From: an uncultured Acetobacteraceae bacterium
GTDB taxonomy: Bacteria; Acidobacteriota; Terriglobia; Terriglobales; Acidobacteriaceae
NCBI GenBank assembly: GCA_964657345.1
Contig: CAZZVA010000002.1
Span: 1-39,395 of the forward strand
DNA: 39,395 nucleotides
Direction: 5' to 3'
Shown in pieces: positions 25,343-34,172 of the stretch. Within the stretch, counting starts at the first letter, position 1; each line of letters starts with the position of its first letter. A program made the position numbers and the translations under genes. The notes below the pieces were generated by a model. It was not told the DNA's origin. It did not search any database and was given only the letters and a program-made list of their open reading frames with translations.

Positions 25343-27085
25343 TTAGGAGCGTGGCCGGAGCGCAGCCAGAAAACCATCGACCCCTTGAGTATTCAAAACA
25401 TCTTGAGACGTGAGCCATGCACGTCGTAACTGCCGGATTCCGTAACGCATCTTCTCCAGGTGCGCTACATGGTGGGAATCGGTATTGACGACTATCCTGC
25501 AGCCCAGTTCGCGGGCAAGCCGCAAATCGCGATCGCACAGGTCCAGCCGGTCAGGATACGCATTATGCTCCATCGCCACCCCAAGCTCTGCAGCCCGTCT
25601 GCAGATCGCAGCAAGATCAAGGTCATAGCCTTCGCGACGCAGCAGCAAACGTCCCGTGGGATGACCGAGAATCCGCGTATAGGGATTCTCGATAGCCCGA
25701 AGAATCCGTTCCGTCATCTGTTCCTTGGGTTGGTGGAACAGGGAATGCACACTGGCGATCACCACATCCAACTGGGCCAGCACCTCATTCGACAGATCAA
25801 GTTGTCCGTCCGCCAGAATATCGACTTCAATGCCCGGCAGGATACGGATGCGACCCTCCATCTCCGCCTCCACTTCGCGGATGCGCTGCATATGTTGCAA
25901 GGCTCGCTCGTCATCGAGACCGAAGGTCATGGCAAGATTTTTGGAGTGGTCGGTGATCGCAATGTATTCGTAGCCGCGAGAGACCGCTGCCTCCGCCATC
26001 TCGCGAATCGTGTTTTTGCCGTCCGTAGCATCCGTGTGCATATGCACGTCGCCGCGAATATCGCTCAGCTCGATCAGCCCCGGCAGACGATGCTCCGCCG
26101 CCGCTTCAATCTCGCCGGAGTTCTCCCGCAGCTCCGGCGCAATCCAGTCAAGCTCCAGTGCCCGGTAGATCTCTTCCTCGGTAGCAGCCGCGACTTGCGT
26201 CCCGTCGTCGATGCGGGCCAGTGAATATTCACTAAGCGTATAGCCGCGCTTGATAGCCCGCTGGCGGATGCTGACGTTATGCATCTTCGAGCCGGTAAAG
26301 TATTGCAGCGCGGCGCCATAGGAGTTCTTCGGCAGCAGGCGCACGTCCACCTGCAGGCCGTCACGCAGGTTGAAGCTGACCTTGTTCGAACCCTTGGCAA
26401 TCAGGTTCGCGATAGCAGGATAAGCAGCGGTATACGCCACGGCTTCAGCAACCACAGCTTCCTCGCACGCCGGCCCGGTCACCAGCATATCCAGGTCGCC
26501 CACTGTCTCGCGGCCGCGGCGAAGAGACCCCGCAGGCGTCACACTCTCGATGCCCGCAAATTCCTTCAGATACAAAGTCAGGCGCTCCGCAGCCATCTCT
26601 GCATCGTCGAGATGGAAGCGGCCGCTGTTCCGCCGGTAATCCTCAATGCCCTTTTTCAGCTTCTGGATCTGCTTTTCGCCATACCGCGGCAATGTTTCAA
26701 GCCGTCCCGCATCGATAGCAGCTTCCAGCTCATCGATACTGCCCACACCCAGCGCTTCCCACATCAGCGCGACACTCTTGGGACCCATCCCGGGCAGCCG
26801 CAGCATTTCCAGCATCGTGGGTTTGTAGCGGGTCAGGAGTTCATCGCGCAGCTTCATGCTTCCATGCGCGACCATCTCTGTCACATTGGCAGCCATGCCC
26901 TTGCCGATGCCTGGAATGGCCAGCAGGCGTTTCGGATCATCGACCAGGGTGGCAAGTTGAATCGTGCTCTGCTCGACTGCCTCGGCTGCCCGCCGGTAGG
27001 AGCGAATACGGAAAGCATCGCCGCCGCTGATCTCCAGCAGGTCTGCTGTTTCGCCCAGGAGCTGGGCTATGGATCGATTCTCCAC
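25343..27085 (-). CDS. polX: family X DNA polymerase with C-terminal PHP (3'-5' exonuclease/phosphoesterase) domain
   Basis: N-terminal HhH/8-kDa-like region (FRIRSYRRAAEAV, IPGIGKGMA, LPGMGPKS). Catalytic GSLRRGRETVGDLDMLV. PHP motifs GDVHMHTDATDG and IAITDHS. Confidence 0.92.
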   Translation of the reverse strand: MENRSIAQLLGETADLLEISGGDAFRIRSYRRAAEAVEQSTIQLATLVDDPKRLLAIPGIGKGMAANVTEMVAHGSMKLRDELLTRYKPTMLEMLRLPGMGPKSVALMWEALGVGSIDELEAAIDAGRLETLPRYGEKQIQKLKKGIEDYRRNSGRFHLDDAEMAAERLTLYLKEFAGIESVTPAGSLRRGRETVGDLDMLVTGPACEEAVVAEAVAYTAAYPAIANLIAKGSNKVSFNLRDGLQVDVRLLPKNSYGAALQYFTGSKMHNVSIRQRAIKRGYTLSEYSLARIDDGTQVAAATEEEIYRALELDWIAPELRENSGEIEAAAEHRLPGLIELSDIRGDVHMHTDATDGKNTIREMAEAAVSRGYEYIAITDHSKNLAMTFGLDDERALQHMQRIREVEAEMEGRIRILPGIEVDILADGQLDLSNEVLAQLDVVIASVHSLFHQPKEQMTERILRAIENPYTRILGHPTGRLLLRREGYDLDLAAICRRAAELGVAMEHNAYPDRLDLCDRDLRLARELGCRIVVNTDSHHVAHLEKMRYGIRQLRRAWLTSQDVLNTQGVDGFLAALRPRS

Positions 27086-27226
27086 GGTGCCTCGTGAAGA
27101 TATCTTCGCATGATGTCAGCATGAGCCCGGGGGCGTGCGGAAGTGGATCGGGACGGGCAGCCAGTCTGGCCAGAACTAGGAGCTGCCCTTGGAAGCAAGT
27201 GAGTCAACCATCCCGACGGGTAAGAA

Positions 27227-27448
27227 TCAGGCTGCCTGTTGCTGAGTTCTCGCTACCTGGTCGGCCTGGGGACCTTTGTCTCCCTGCACGATGTCGAACT
27301 CAACCTCGTCGCCTTCTTTGAGGCTCTTGTACCCGTCAAGTTGAATGGAGCTGTAATGGACGAAAACATCAGGACCGTCTTCTCTGCCTATGAAGCCGTA
27401 TCCCTTAGCATTGTTGAACCATTTCACTTTTCCCTTGTATTGCGGCAT
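27227..27448 (-). CDS. cspA: cold-shock protein (CspA family, S1-like OB fold)
   Basis: [16 protein letters not shown] (RNP1) and DVFVHYS (RNP2); 73 aa. Confidence 0.95.
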   Translation of the reverse strand: MPQYKGKVKWFNNAKGYGFIGREDGPDVFVHYSSIQLDGYKSLKEGDEVEFDIVQGDKGPQADQVARTQQQAA

Positions 27449-27614
27449 GGGCCCGTACCTTTCTCAGGAATGCCTTCCGTTCAGAACACGGCAGACATGT
27501 ATTCCTTTAGAAAGGACGAGTCGAAATGGTCATCTGGTTTTCACAAACGAGGTCTTTTTTCATGCATTGAAAACGTCGAAAACACCGACTTTGCCGTAAT
27601 TCAAACACCTTCCA

Positions 27615-28334
27615 TCACTTACCACGACGGAGCCGGTCATACAGCATGATCGAGACCAGCGTCTTGCCATCCAGGATCTTCCCCTTGTCGATTAATTTGA
27701 GAATTTTAGACAAGGGGATCGCGGCTACATCGATGCTCTCATCGTCCTCCGGCTCGGCCTGACCGCGTGTCAGGCCCTCGGCCAGAAACACCTGCATCCA
27801 CTCTCCCAGGAAGCCTGGACTGGCAAAATAGCGGACGAGCTTGGTCCAGTGACTCGCCCGGTAGCCTGTTTCCTCAATCAATTCACGCTTCGCGCCTTCG
27901 AGCGCATCCTCCCCGGGTTCCAGCTTGCCCGCCGGCAGTTCCATCAGGTACTGACCGGCGGCATGGCGGTACTGCTGTTCCATGATCACCAGCGGGTCCT
28001 TCCGGCTCTTTGAGCTGTCAATCGCGAGAACGACAATGGATCCGTTGTGCCGGATGATGTCCCGCGTCGTCTGCTTCCCGTCGGGCTCACTGACTTCCTC
28101 AGTCAGCACACGAAACAGCGGTCCCTTGTAGCTGACCTTCGAGGAAAGCACCTGAGCACTCTCGGCCGAGCGAACGGGCAGCGTCTTCTGCACTTTGACA
28201 CCGGCGACTTCGCGCAGCTTCGGCTTGCCGCCCTTTGCAGGCTTTTTCTTCCCGGCTTTTTCTCTTTCAGACTTCTTGTCAGATGGAGGCATGCAGCGTC
28301 TCGTTTCTCCTGGTTCCCTTGAAAACGGTACCAT
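27615..28334 (-). CDS. NUDIX hydrolase (ADP-ribose pyrophosphatase-like) with Lys-rich N-terminal extension
   Basis: Nudix box GKLEPGEDALEGAKRELIEETGY. N-terminal KKSEREKAGKKKPAKGGKPK. An alternative start at ATG 28292 (MPPSDKK...) is possible. Confidence 0.85.
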   Translation of the reverse strand: MVPFSREPGETRRCMPPSDKKSEREKAGKKKPAKGGKPKLREVAGVKVQKTLPVRSAESAQVLSSKVSYKGPLFRVLTEEVSEPDGKQTTRDIIRHNGSIVVLAIDSSKSRKDPLVIMEQQYRHAAGQYLMELPAGKLEPGEDALEGAKRELIEETGYRASHWTKLVRYFASPGFLGEWMQVFLAEGLTRGQAEPEDDESIDVAAIPLSKILKLIDKGKILDGKTLVSIMLYDRLRRGK

Positions 28335-28397
28335 CCCCAGGGGTGGCTCGGAAATGACGAGGCTCGGAAGCAGTCAACGCTCAGGCGGCACTCAGCT

Positions 28398-29282
28398 ATG
28401 TTGAAAGGCCGCATCTGCGTAATCGGACGCGGACGATGGGGGAACTCGCTGATAGCAGCCCTGCGCGCCGGCGGCCACCAGCCATACATCGTCGCCGGGC
28501 AAGCCGCGCTCAAACGAGCCGGCAGCACCGCATGGTTGCAGGCGGAAGTCTTCTGGTTGTGTGTGCCGGATGGACAAATCGCCGCGGCCGTCGCCCTGTT
28601 GCTACACCGACTCAACCGCACCGGCCAGAACATGACCGGGCGGATCGTGCTCCACTCAAGTGGTGTGTACAGCGTCGCCATCCTTGCAGCGGCTGAAGCT
28701 GCCGGAGCATTCACTGGCTCCGTTCATCCCCTGATGACGTTTCCGACCCGGAAAGTAGTAGCGCTAAACGCTGTCCCGTTTGCAGTGGAAGCCGGCTCGA
28801 AACTGCGGGCTAAACTCTTCCGCCTCGTAAGGTCCCTCGGCGGCATGCCATTCGGCGTCACCTCGCAGGGAAAGGCGCTTTACCATGCTGCTGCAGTCAT
28901 GGCTTCTCCGTTGCTGGTCAGCCTGGCAACTGCTGCGCACGCAGTGGCACTGGAGGCAGGTCTGACCCGTCGGGAAACAGATCGCCTGCTGCGCCCGATC
29001 ATGGAATCCACCCTCCGCAATATCTTCACGCAAGGCAGCGCACGAAGTTTCAGCGGACCCCTCGCACGAGGAGACGTGGCTACCATCTCCCTGCATCTTC
29101 AGGCCCTGCAGCCGCATCCCTCTTTGCAGGCCATCTACCGGGCCCTGGGACGGTACGCGCTTGAGACTTTGCCGGTAGTAGATAAAGCGCGATTGCGGCA
29201 GCAACTGCAGAGCACGCATGTACCGGACGTAGCATCCACTCGCAGCCGGCACGCCAGTCGCAACAGAAGCATGGGAAAATGA
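28398..29282 (+). CDS. Rossmann-fold NAD(P)-binding protein of the DUF2520 family (PanG-like putative oxidoreductase)
   Basis: N-terminal ICVIGRGRWGNSL dinucleotide-binding loop. The C-terminal half has FSGPLARGDVATISLHLQAL, characteristic of DUF2520 as I recall it. Confidence 0.65.
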   Translation: MLKGRICVIGRGRWGNSLIAALRAGGHQPYIVAGQAALKRAGSTAWLQAEVFWLCVPDGQIAAAVALLLHRLNRTGQNMTGRIVLHSSGVYSVAILAAAEAAGAFTGSVHPLMTFPTRKVVALNAVPFAVEAGSKLRAKLFRLVRSLGGMPFGVTSQGKALYHAAAVMASPLLVSLATAAHAVALEAGLTRRETDRLLRPIMESTLRNIFTQGSARSFSGPLARGDVATISLHLQALQPHPSLQAIYRALGRYALETLPVVDKARLRQQLQSTHVPDVASTRSRHASRNRSMGK

Positions 29283-29289
29283 GGCTGCC

Positions 29290-30903
29290 GTGAAAATCGA
29301 GTGCTATCCAGTATCCACGCTGCCCCACCAGAGCCGGCTCTTCCTCGATTACGTTGAGGAACGGGAAACCCTGGCGCCCTTCTATCCGGTCGCTCCCTTC
29401 GGCGACAGATCTCCGTTGCGCCCGTCTGCGCTGGACCCCTCACTGCGTACGGCTGCCGCCGCAATGCTGATGGCGCAGTCACCTGACTGGCAGCCATCTG
29501 GCAGGGCACTCGAAAACATGGACCTTCTCCGGAATGGAGCCGGTGCTGTTGTTACCGGCCAGCAGGTCGGACTTTTTGGCGGCCCCCTCCTGACCCTGCT
29601 CAAGGCCGCGACGGCGATCCGTCTGGCGCGGGACGCCAGTGCTTCGGGATCGCCGCATGTACCGATTTTCTGGATGGCGACCGAGGACCACGACTTTGCC
29701 GAAATCAATCATGTGACCCTCCCCGGCCGGAGGGAATTGCGCACGATCACCCTGCAAGGCCATCCCGTCGCTGACTCGCCAGTCGGCGGCTACGCACCTG
29801 CCGGGACAGTCACCGCAGCCCTCGATGAAGCCGCCGAGTTCCTGGGCGACACCCCCTTCTACGAACTGTTGCGCGGTTGGTACGCCCCCGGCCACACCAT
29901 GGCCCAATCCTTCGGTGCCTTGATCGCCCATGTCTTCGCACCCTGGGGACTGGTCGTCATCGATGCCGCCTCGCGCCAGGCGCATCGCCTGGGACAGGCA
30001 GTCCTTCGAAGCGCCATCACCCGGGCCGCAGAGTTGCAGGAAGCTTTGGCCGAACGTGACCGTGAGTTGAAGGCGCGCGGCTACCACTCCCAGGTGCTGG
30101 TTTCGCCGCAAAGCAGCTTGTTGTTTCTGGTCGACCAGCCTTCCGGTGCGCGGCTGCCGCTCCGTCGCATCGATGGCAAGTGGAAAGCCGGGTCGCAGAC
30201 CTTTTCAGAGTCCGAACTGCTCGCGATCCTCGACACCGAACCCGAACGACTCAGTCCGAATGCCTTACTGCGGCCAGTCTTCCAGGATGCCATCCTGCCG
30301 ACCAGCGCCTACGTGGGCGGTCCCGCAGAGATCGCGTACTTTGCGCAATCACAGGTCCTCTACGAGCGCCTGCTGAACCGAACGACACCTATCCTGCCGC
30401 GTCTCTCCGCCACACTCGTCGAACCGGCCGCTGCCACAGTACTGGCAAGACACGAAGTCACCCTCCCGCAGGTGATCGGCAATGCATCCGCCTCGACCGT
30501 GGAACTGGCGCAGCGTCTCGGCGCGCGTGCCATGCCTGTTGCCGGGAAGCAGAAGCTCGCATCCGCGGGGAACGCGCTTGACATCGAGCTGACCGAGCTG
30601 ACGTCATGGATGAACCAGATGGACGAAAGCCTCGGACGCGCAGCCCAGGTCTCCGCTTCGAAAATGCGCTACCAGATGAACCGCTTACGACGGCTCGCGG
30701 CCAACTTTCAGCTGCAGAAAGACGAAAGCCTGCGACGCCATGCAGAAGCACTGGAACTGGCTCTCTATCCGGATCGCCATCCACAGGAGCGGAAAATCGG
30801 CGGCGCCTACTACCTGGCGCGGTATGGAGAAGAAATCGCATCCCTGCTGGTCGAAGCAGCCGATTCAACCTGTCCGGGCCATCGAGGAATCTGGCTCAGC
30901 TAA
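29290..30903 (+). CDS. bshC: bacillithiol biosynthesis protein BshC (putative cysteine-adding enzyme)
   Basis: 537 aa. VVTGQQVGLFGGPLLTLLKAATAIRLA and PIFWMATEDHDFAEINHV align with my memory of B. subtilis BshC (VVGGQQAGLLTGPLYTIHK, PIFWVAGEDHDLDEINFV). Starts 8 nt after the DUF2520 gene. Confidence 0.8.
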   Translation: MKIECYPVSTLPHQSRLFLDYVEERETLAPFYPVAPFGDRSPLRPSALDPSLRTAAAAMLMAQSPDWQPSGRALENMDLLRNGAGAVVTGQQVGLFGGPLLTLLKAATAIRLARDASASGSPHVPIFWMATEDHDFAEINHVTLPGRRELRTITLQGHPVADSPVGGYAPAGTVTAALDEAAEFLGDTPFYELLRGWYAPGHTMAQSFGALIAHVFAPWGLVVIDAASRQAHRLGQAVLRSAITRAAELQEALAERDRELKARGYHSQVLVSPQSSLLFLVDQPSGARLPLRRIDGKWKAGSQTFSESELLAILDTEPERLSPNALLRPVFQDAILPTSAYVGGPAEIAYFAQSQVLYERLLNRTTPILPRLSATLVEPAAATVLARHEVTLPQVIGNASASTVELAQRLGARAMPVAGKQKLASAGNALDIELTELTSWMNQMDESLGRAAQVSASKMRYQMNRLRRLAANFQLQKDESLRRHAEALELALYPDRHPQERKIGGAYYLARYGEEIASLLVEAADSTCPGHRGIWLS

Positions 30904-30957
30904 GCTGCGTCTGAGCCGGCGTGGCGTTCCCCCTGCGATGCCCATACAATAGCTCTC

Positions 30958-31275
30958 GTGAGTGGACCGAATCAGAAAAATACAGTGTTTGAGGTCACCT
31001 GCCCGGATTGTGGCGGCATCCTGAAGGTCGACGCGAGTTCCCGTGCCGTGGTGTCGCACACACCCGCTCCCCGCAAGCGCATGTTCGAGGATTTCGAAAC
31101 CGCCGCCCGCGCCATGCGCGAACAGGATGAGCGCAAGGAGAGCATCTTCCGTCAGTCCGTCGATGCCGAAAAGAATAAGCAGGATCTTTTCGACAAAAAA
31201 TTCAGCGAGGCAGTCCGGAAGGCGAAAGAAACTCCAGGAACCGGCAAACCACTGCGCGATATTGACCTGGATTGA
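30958..31275 (+). CDS. hypothetical small protein (single CxxC knuckle, highly charged helical C-terminus)
   Basis: GTG-start ORF of 105 aa: FEVTCPDCGGILKVD followed by Lys/Glu/Asp-rich sequence. Coding status rests on ORF length and position only. Confidence 0.45.
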   Translation: MSGPNQKNTVFEVTCPDCGGILKVDASSRAVVSHTPAPRKRMFEDFETAARAMREQDERKESIFRQSVDAEKNKQDLFDKKFSEAVRKAKETPGTGKPLRDIDLD

Positions 31276-31408
31276 CAGCACTGGTGCCCGCACGAAAGAG
31301 GAACAGCCAGGAAATAGAAGCAGGCGTACCCTGTTTGCTGACACAAGCCTGGGAAACAGCAGGCCAGCCCGCTGGCGTGCATCCAACTGGAAGAGGAATG
31401 ATAGACCT

Positions 31409-31744
31409 ATGACAATCGCACAATTGCCCGCCACTGCAGCGCGCGGCGTCGCAGACTCCTTCAAGGCGGCAACTTCGGAACCCAACTGGCCGCGCCTGGT
31501 GTCAGCCGGTGCACTCATCACCGGGGCTGTCCTGCTGGCTACTGGGAAGCGTAAAGCAGGTATTGCCATGACCGCCGTCGGCGCCACCGCGGCACTCCTT
31601 GAAGACAAGCAAAGTACCCTCGAGATCTGGAACCAGATCCCGCACTATATCAAGACCGGTGAACAGGTCCTCGGCCGCATCGAGCGGTTTGTCATTGACA
31701 TCTCTGAGCAGGGCGATCGCATTCGCAAGATGATCCAGCCTTGA
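31409..31744 (+). CDS. hypothetical small membrane protein (two predicted TM helices)
   Basis: ATG 31409 lies 11 nt after AAGAGGA. The product reads MTIAQLPATAARG...LVSAGALITGAVLLATGKRKAGIAMTAVGATAALL... The ORF-track entry 31043..31744 is the same frame, with an upstream extension overlapping the previous gene. Confidence 0.45.
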   Translation: MTIAQLPATAARGVADSFKAATSEPNWPRLVSAGALITGAVLLATGKRKAGIAMTAVGATAALLEDKQSTLEIWNQIPHYIKTGEQVLGRIERFVIDISEQGDRIRKMIQP

Positions 31745-31748
31745 CGCT

Positions 31749-31772
31749 AAGGCCCGGCATGGACCGGGCCTT
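31749..31772. terminator. GC-rich hairpin (AAGGCCCGG-CATGGA-CCGGGCCTT) between convergent genes, candidate bidirectional terminator
   Basis: Read directly: a 9-bp perfect stem with a 6-nt loop. It fills almost all of the 33-nt gap between the stop at 31744 (+) and the stop at 31778 (-). Confidence 0.6.
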
Positions 31773-31777
31773 CTCCC

Positions 31778-32683
31778 TCAGTGAGTGCGGTCGACCAGGA
31801 ATCGTGCCAGCGCCTTCAACGGCTCAGCCGAAGAACCATAGGGCGCAAGCTGCGCAAAGGCCGAGTCGATCAGTCGCTGGGCATCCAACTTCGATTGGGC
31901 CAGTCCATGCACGGCAGGCCATGTCGCTTTGACACTGGCAACATCCTTACCGGCAGTCTTGCCCAGGTGGGCAGATTCTTGGGTGACATCCAGAACATCG
32001 TCCATGATCTGGAACGCGAGACCTGCGTCCTGCCCGAATGCATGCAGTCGACCGAGGTCCTCGCTTCCCGCACCCGCCAGCAGTCCTCCCGACACGATAC
32101 TGACGCGAATCAAGGCTCCCGTTTTCGCGCGATGAATGGCATGCACAAGTTCAACCGTCGGTGGAAGGGATTCGCTTTCAATATCCATCACCTGCCCGCC
32201 GATCATGCCATCGATCGTCCCGGTCGCGCGCGCCACCTGATGAATAATCGGTGCCAGTTTGCAGGGATCGCACGGCAAACCGGAGAGAACTTCATACGCC
32301 TGGGTCTGCAGCGCATCGCCGGCAAGAATCGCAATCGCTTCACCAAACACAACATGACACGTCGGATTCCCACGTCGCAGATCATCATTGTCAAGAGCAG
32401 GCAGATCATCATGAATCAGGGAGTAGGTGTGAAGCATTTCAATCGCAGCTGCAAGTTCAGTGACGCCTTCAGGATAGGAACCGCCGGCAATCATTCGTGC
32501 GGCTTCCATGCACAGAACCGGCCGGACGCGCTTGCCTCCGGCAAAGACACTATGCCGCATGGCCTTGTGAATCGAGGCAGGCTGTTGCGACGCTGGAGGC
32601 AGTAAACGCTCAAGAGCAGCGTCGACCTTTCTGGCGCCGCTGGATAACAGATCATGTACATCAATCGACATTTTGTCGATCAT
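31778..32683 (-). CDS. ispA: (2E,6E)-farnesyl/geranylgeranyl diphosphate synthase (short-chain trans-prenyltransferase)
   Basis: First Asp-rich motif LIHDDLPALDNDDLRRG. Second Asp-rich motif FQIMDDVLD. KRVRP motif. Start probably ATG 32683 or 32671; the ORF is open to 32749. Confidence 0.9.
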   Translation of the reverse strand: MIDKMSIDVHDLLSSGARKVDAALERLLPPASQQPASIHKAMRHSVFAGGKRVRPVLCMEAARMIAGGSYPEGVTELAAAIEMLHTYSLIHDDLPALDNDDLRRGNPTCHVVFGEAIAILAGDALQTQAYEVLSGLPCDPCKLAPIIHQVARATGTIDGMIGGQVMDIESESLPPTVELVHAIHRAKTGALIRVSIVSGGLLAGAGSEDLGRLHAFGQDAGLAFQIMDDVLDVTQESAHLGKTAGKDVASVKATWPAVHGLAQSKLDAQRLIDSAFAQLAPYGSSAEPLKALARFLVDRTH

Positions 32684-32802
32684 ACCTGAGCAGTTTCCCT
32701 CCTGAAAAAAGACAGGCGCTGCACAGCCCTGCACAAGGGTTTCAAGCATATTCGCAGAGTAAAAGCCGATGAAAATGGTGAATCTCTGCTTCAGCTATCC
32801 TG

Positions 32803-34080
32803 ATGAATGGTTGCGTGTGCCTGGCACGCATTGGAACGAAAGGATTGTCCGCATTGCGTATCCTGCTGCACGGTATCAACTACTCGCCGGAATTGACAGG
32901 CATTGGCAAATACACAGGAGAAATGGCCGAGTGGCTCGCTGAGCAGGGACACGAAGTTCGCGTTGTGACAGCTCCACCTTACTATCCTGCATGGAAGGTA
33001 AGGTCCGACTACAGCGCCAGGAAGTATGTCGTCGAAGACGGGGCGGTCAAGGTCTATCGATGTCCCCTGTACGTTCCAGAGCAGCCTTCCGCCCTCTCCC
33101 GCCTGCTACATCTGTTCTCCTTCACCCTCACCAGTCTGCCCGTCATGTTGCAGCAGGTAGCCTGGCAGCCTGACGTAACCCTCACTGTCGAGCCATCCTT
33201 CTTCTGCGCCTTCTCCACCCTGGTCACGTCGTACCTGACCAACGCCGTCAGCTGGCTGCACGTGCAGGACTTCGAAATCGACGCCGCATTCGACATGGGC
33301 TTCCTGCATGACAAGGGCCCGATGCCCAGGTACGTCTATCGTCTCGAGAGCGTGATCATGAGGCAGTTTGATCGTGTTTCGACCATCTCCCCTAAAATGA
33401 TTTCGCAACTGCGTCAGAAGCAGGTGGAGTACGACCGCACCATCCTCTTTCCGAACTGGGTCGATATTGCCGTGGTGCATCCGTTGGACCGGGTAAGCCA
33501 TCTCCGCACACGGCTCGGCCTGACCGCCGGCAAGATCGTGTTGATGTACTCCGGCAACATGGGCATGAAGCAGGGACTGGAGATTCTGCCGACGCTGGCC
33601 CAATGGTTCGCCGCAGACAGCCGCATTCACTTCATCTTCTGCGGAGACGGCGCGCTGCGGCCCATGATGGAAGAGTCCGTAGCCGGCTTCGCCAACGTGA
33701 CCATGCTGCCGCTGCAGCCGGCTTCCGAGCTGAACGACTTGTTGAACGCAGCAGATGTTCACCTGCTCCCCCAGCGTGCGGATGCGGCCGACCTCGTCAT
33801 GCCCTCGAAGCTGACCGGCATGCTCGCATCCGGCAGGCCCATCATTGCCACCGCTGCCCGTGGCACTCAGGTCGCCATCGCCATCGAAGGATGCGGCATT
33901 GCTGTCGAGCCGGGCGACACGGCCGGCCTCATGGAAGCGGTGTCCACACTGGTAAATTCAGCACAGCTGCGTCGCGAATTAGGTGCCAACGCCAGGCTGC
34001 ATGCCGTCGAACATCTGGGCAAGGATCGCGTACTGCAGCGTTTCGAGGCAGAACTGAAAGCTTTGCTGCGGCGGCGTTGA
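32803..34080 (+). CDS. GT4-family glycosyltransferase, WcaI-like
   Basis: RILLHGINYSPELTGIGKYTGEMAEWLAEQGHEVRVVTAPPYYPAWKV is the characteristic WcaI-type N-terminus. A GT-B C-terminal E-x7-E-like region is present. The native start may be TTG 32854 (L-RILLHG), 9 nt after AAGGA, rather than ATG 32803. Confidence 0.8.
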   Translation: MNGCVCLARIGTKGLSALRILLHGINYSPELTGIGKYTGEMAEWLAEQGHEVRVVTAPPYYPAWKVRSDYSARKYVVEDGAVKVYRCPLYVPEQPSALSRLLHLFSFTLTSLPVMLQQVAWQPDVTLTVEPSFFCAFSTLVTSYLTNAVSWLHVQDFEIDAAFDMGFLHDKGPMPRYVYRLESVIMRQFDRVSTISPKMISQLRQKQVEYDRTILFPNWVDIAVVHPLDRVSHLRTRLGLTAGKIVLMYSGNMGMKQGLEILPTLAQWFAADSRIHFIFCGDGALRPMMEESVAGFANVTMLPLQPASELNDLLNAADVHLLPQRADAADLVMPSKLTGMLASGRPIIATAARGTQVAIAIEGCGIAVEPGDTAGLMEAVSTLVNSAQLRRELGANARLHAVEHLGKDRVLQRFEAELKALLRRR

Positions 34081-34172
34081 TGCCGCACCGCCATGGATTG
34101 CGATATCGTGAATGCTGAACCCACGATTGACTGACCAGGGCCTCACCGAGGCATCTGGCTGGAGGTACCTTC

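Noticed and set aside
27155-27188. GGGCAGC...GCTGCCC inverted repeat downstream of the csp gene, as a possible terminator
   Set aside because: It has only a 7-bp stem with a 20-nt loop and no U-tract on the transcribed strand. That is too weak to call.
31043-31408. Upstream part of ORF 31043..31744, overlapping the 30958..31275 gene in another frame
   Set aside because: The sequence is Arg/Ser/Pro-rich and non-native-looking. The downstream ATG 31409 has an AAGAGGA RBS and opens directly into the hydrophobic protein.
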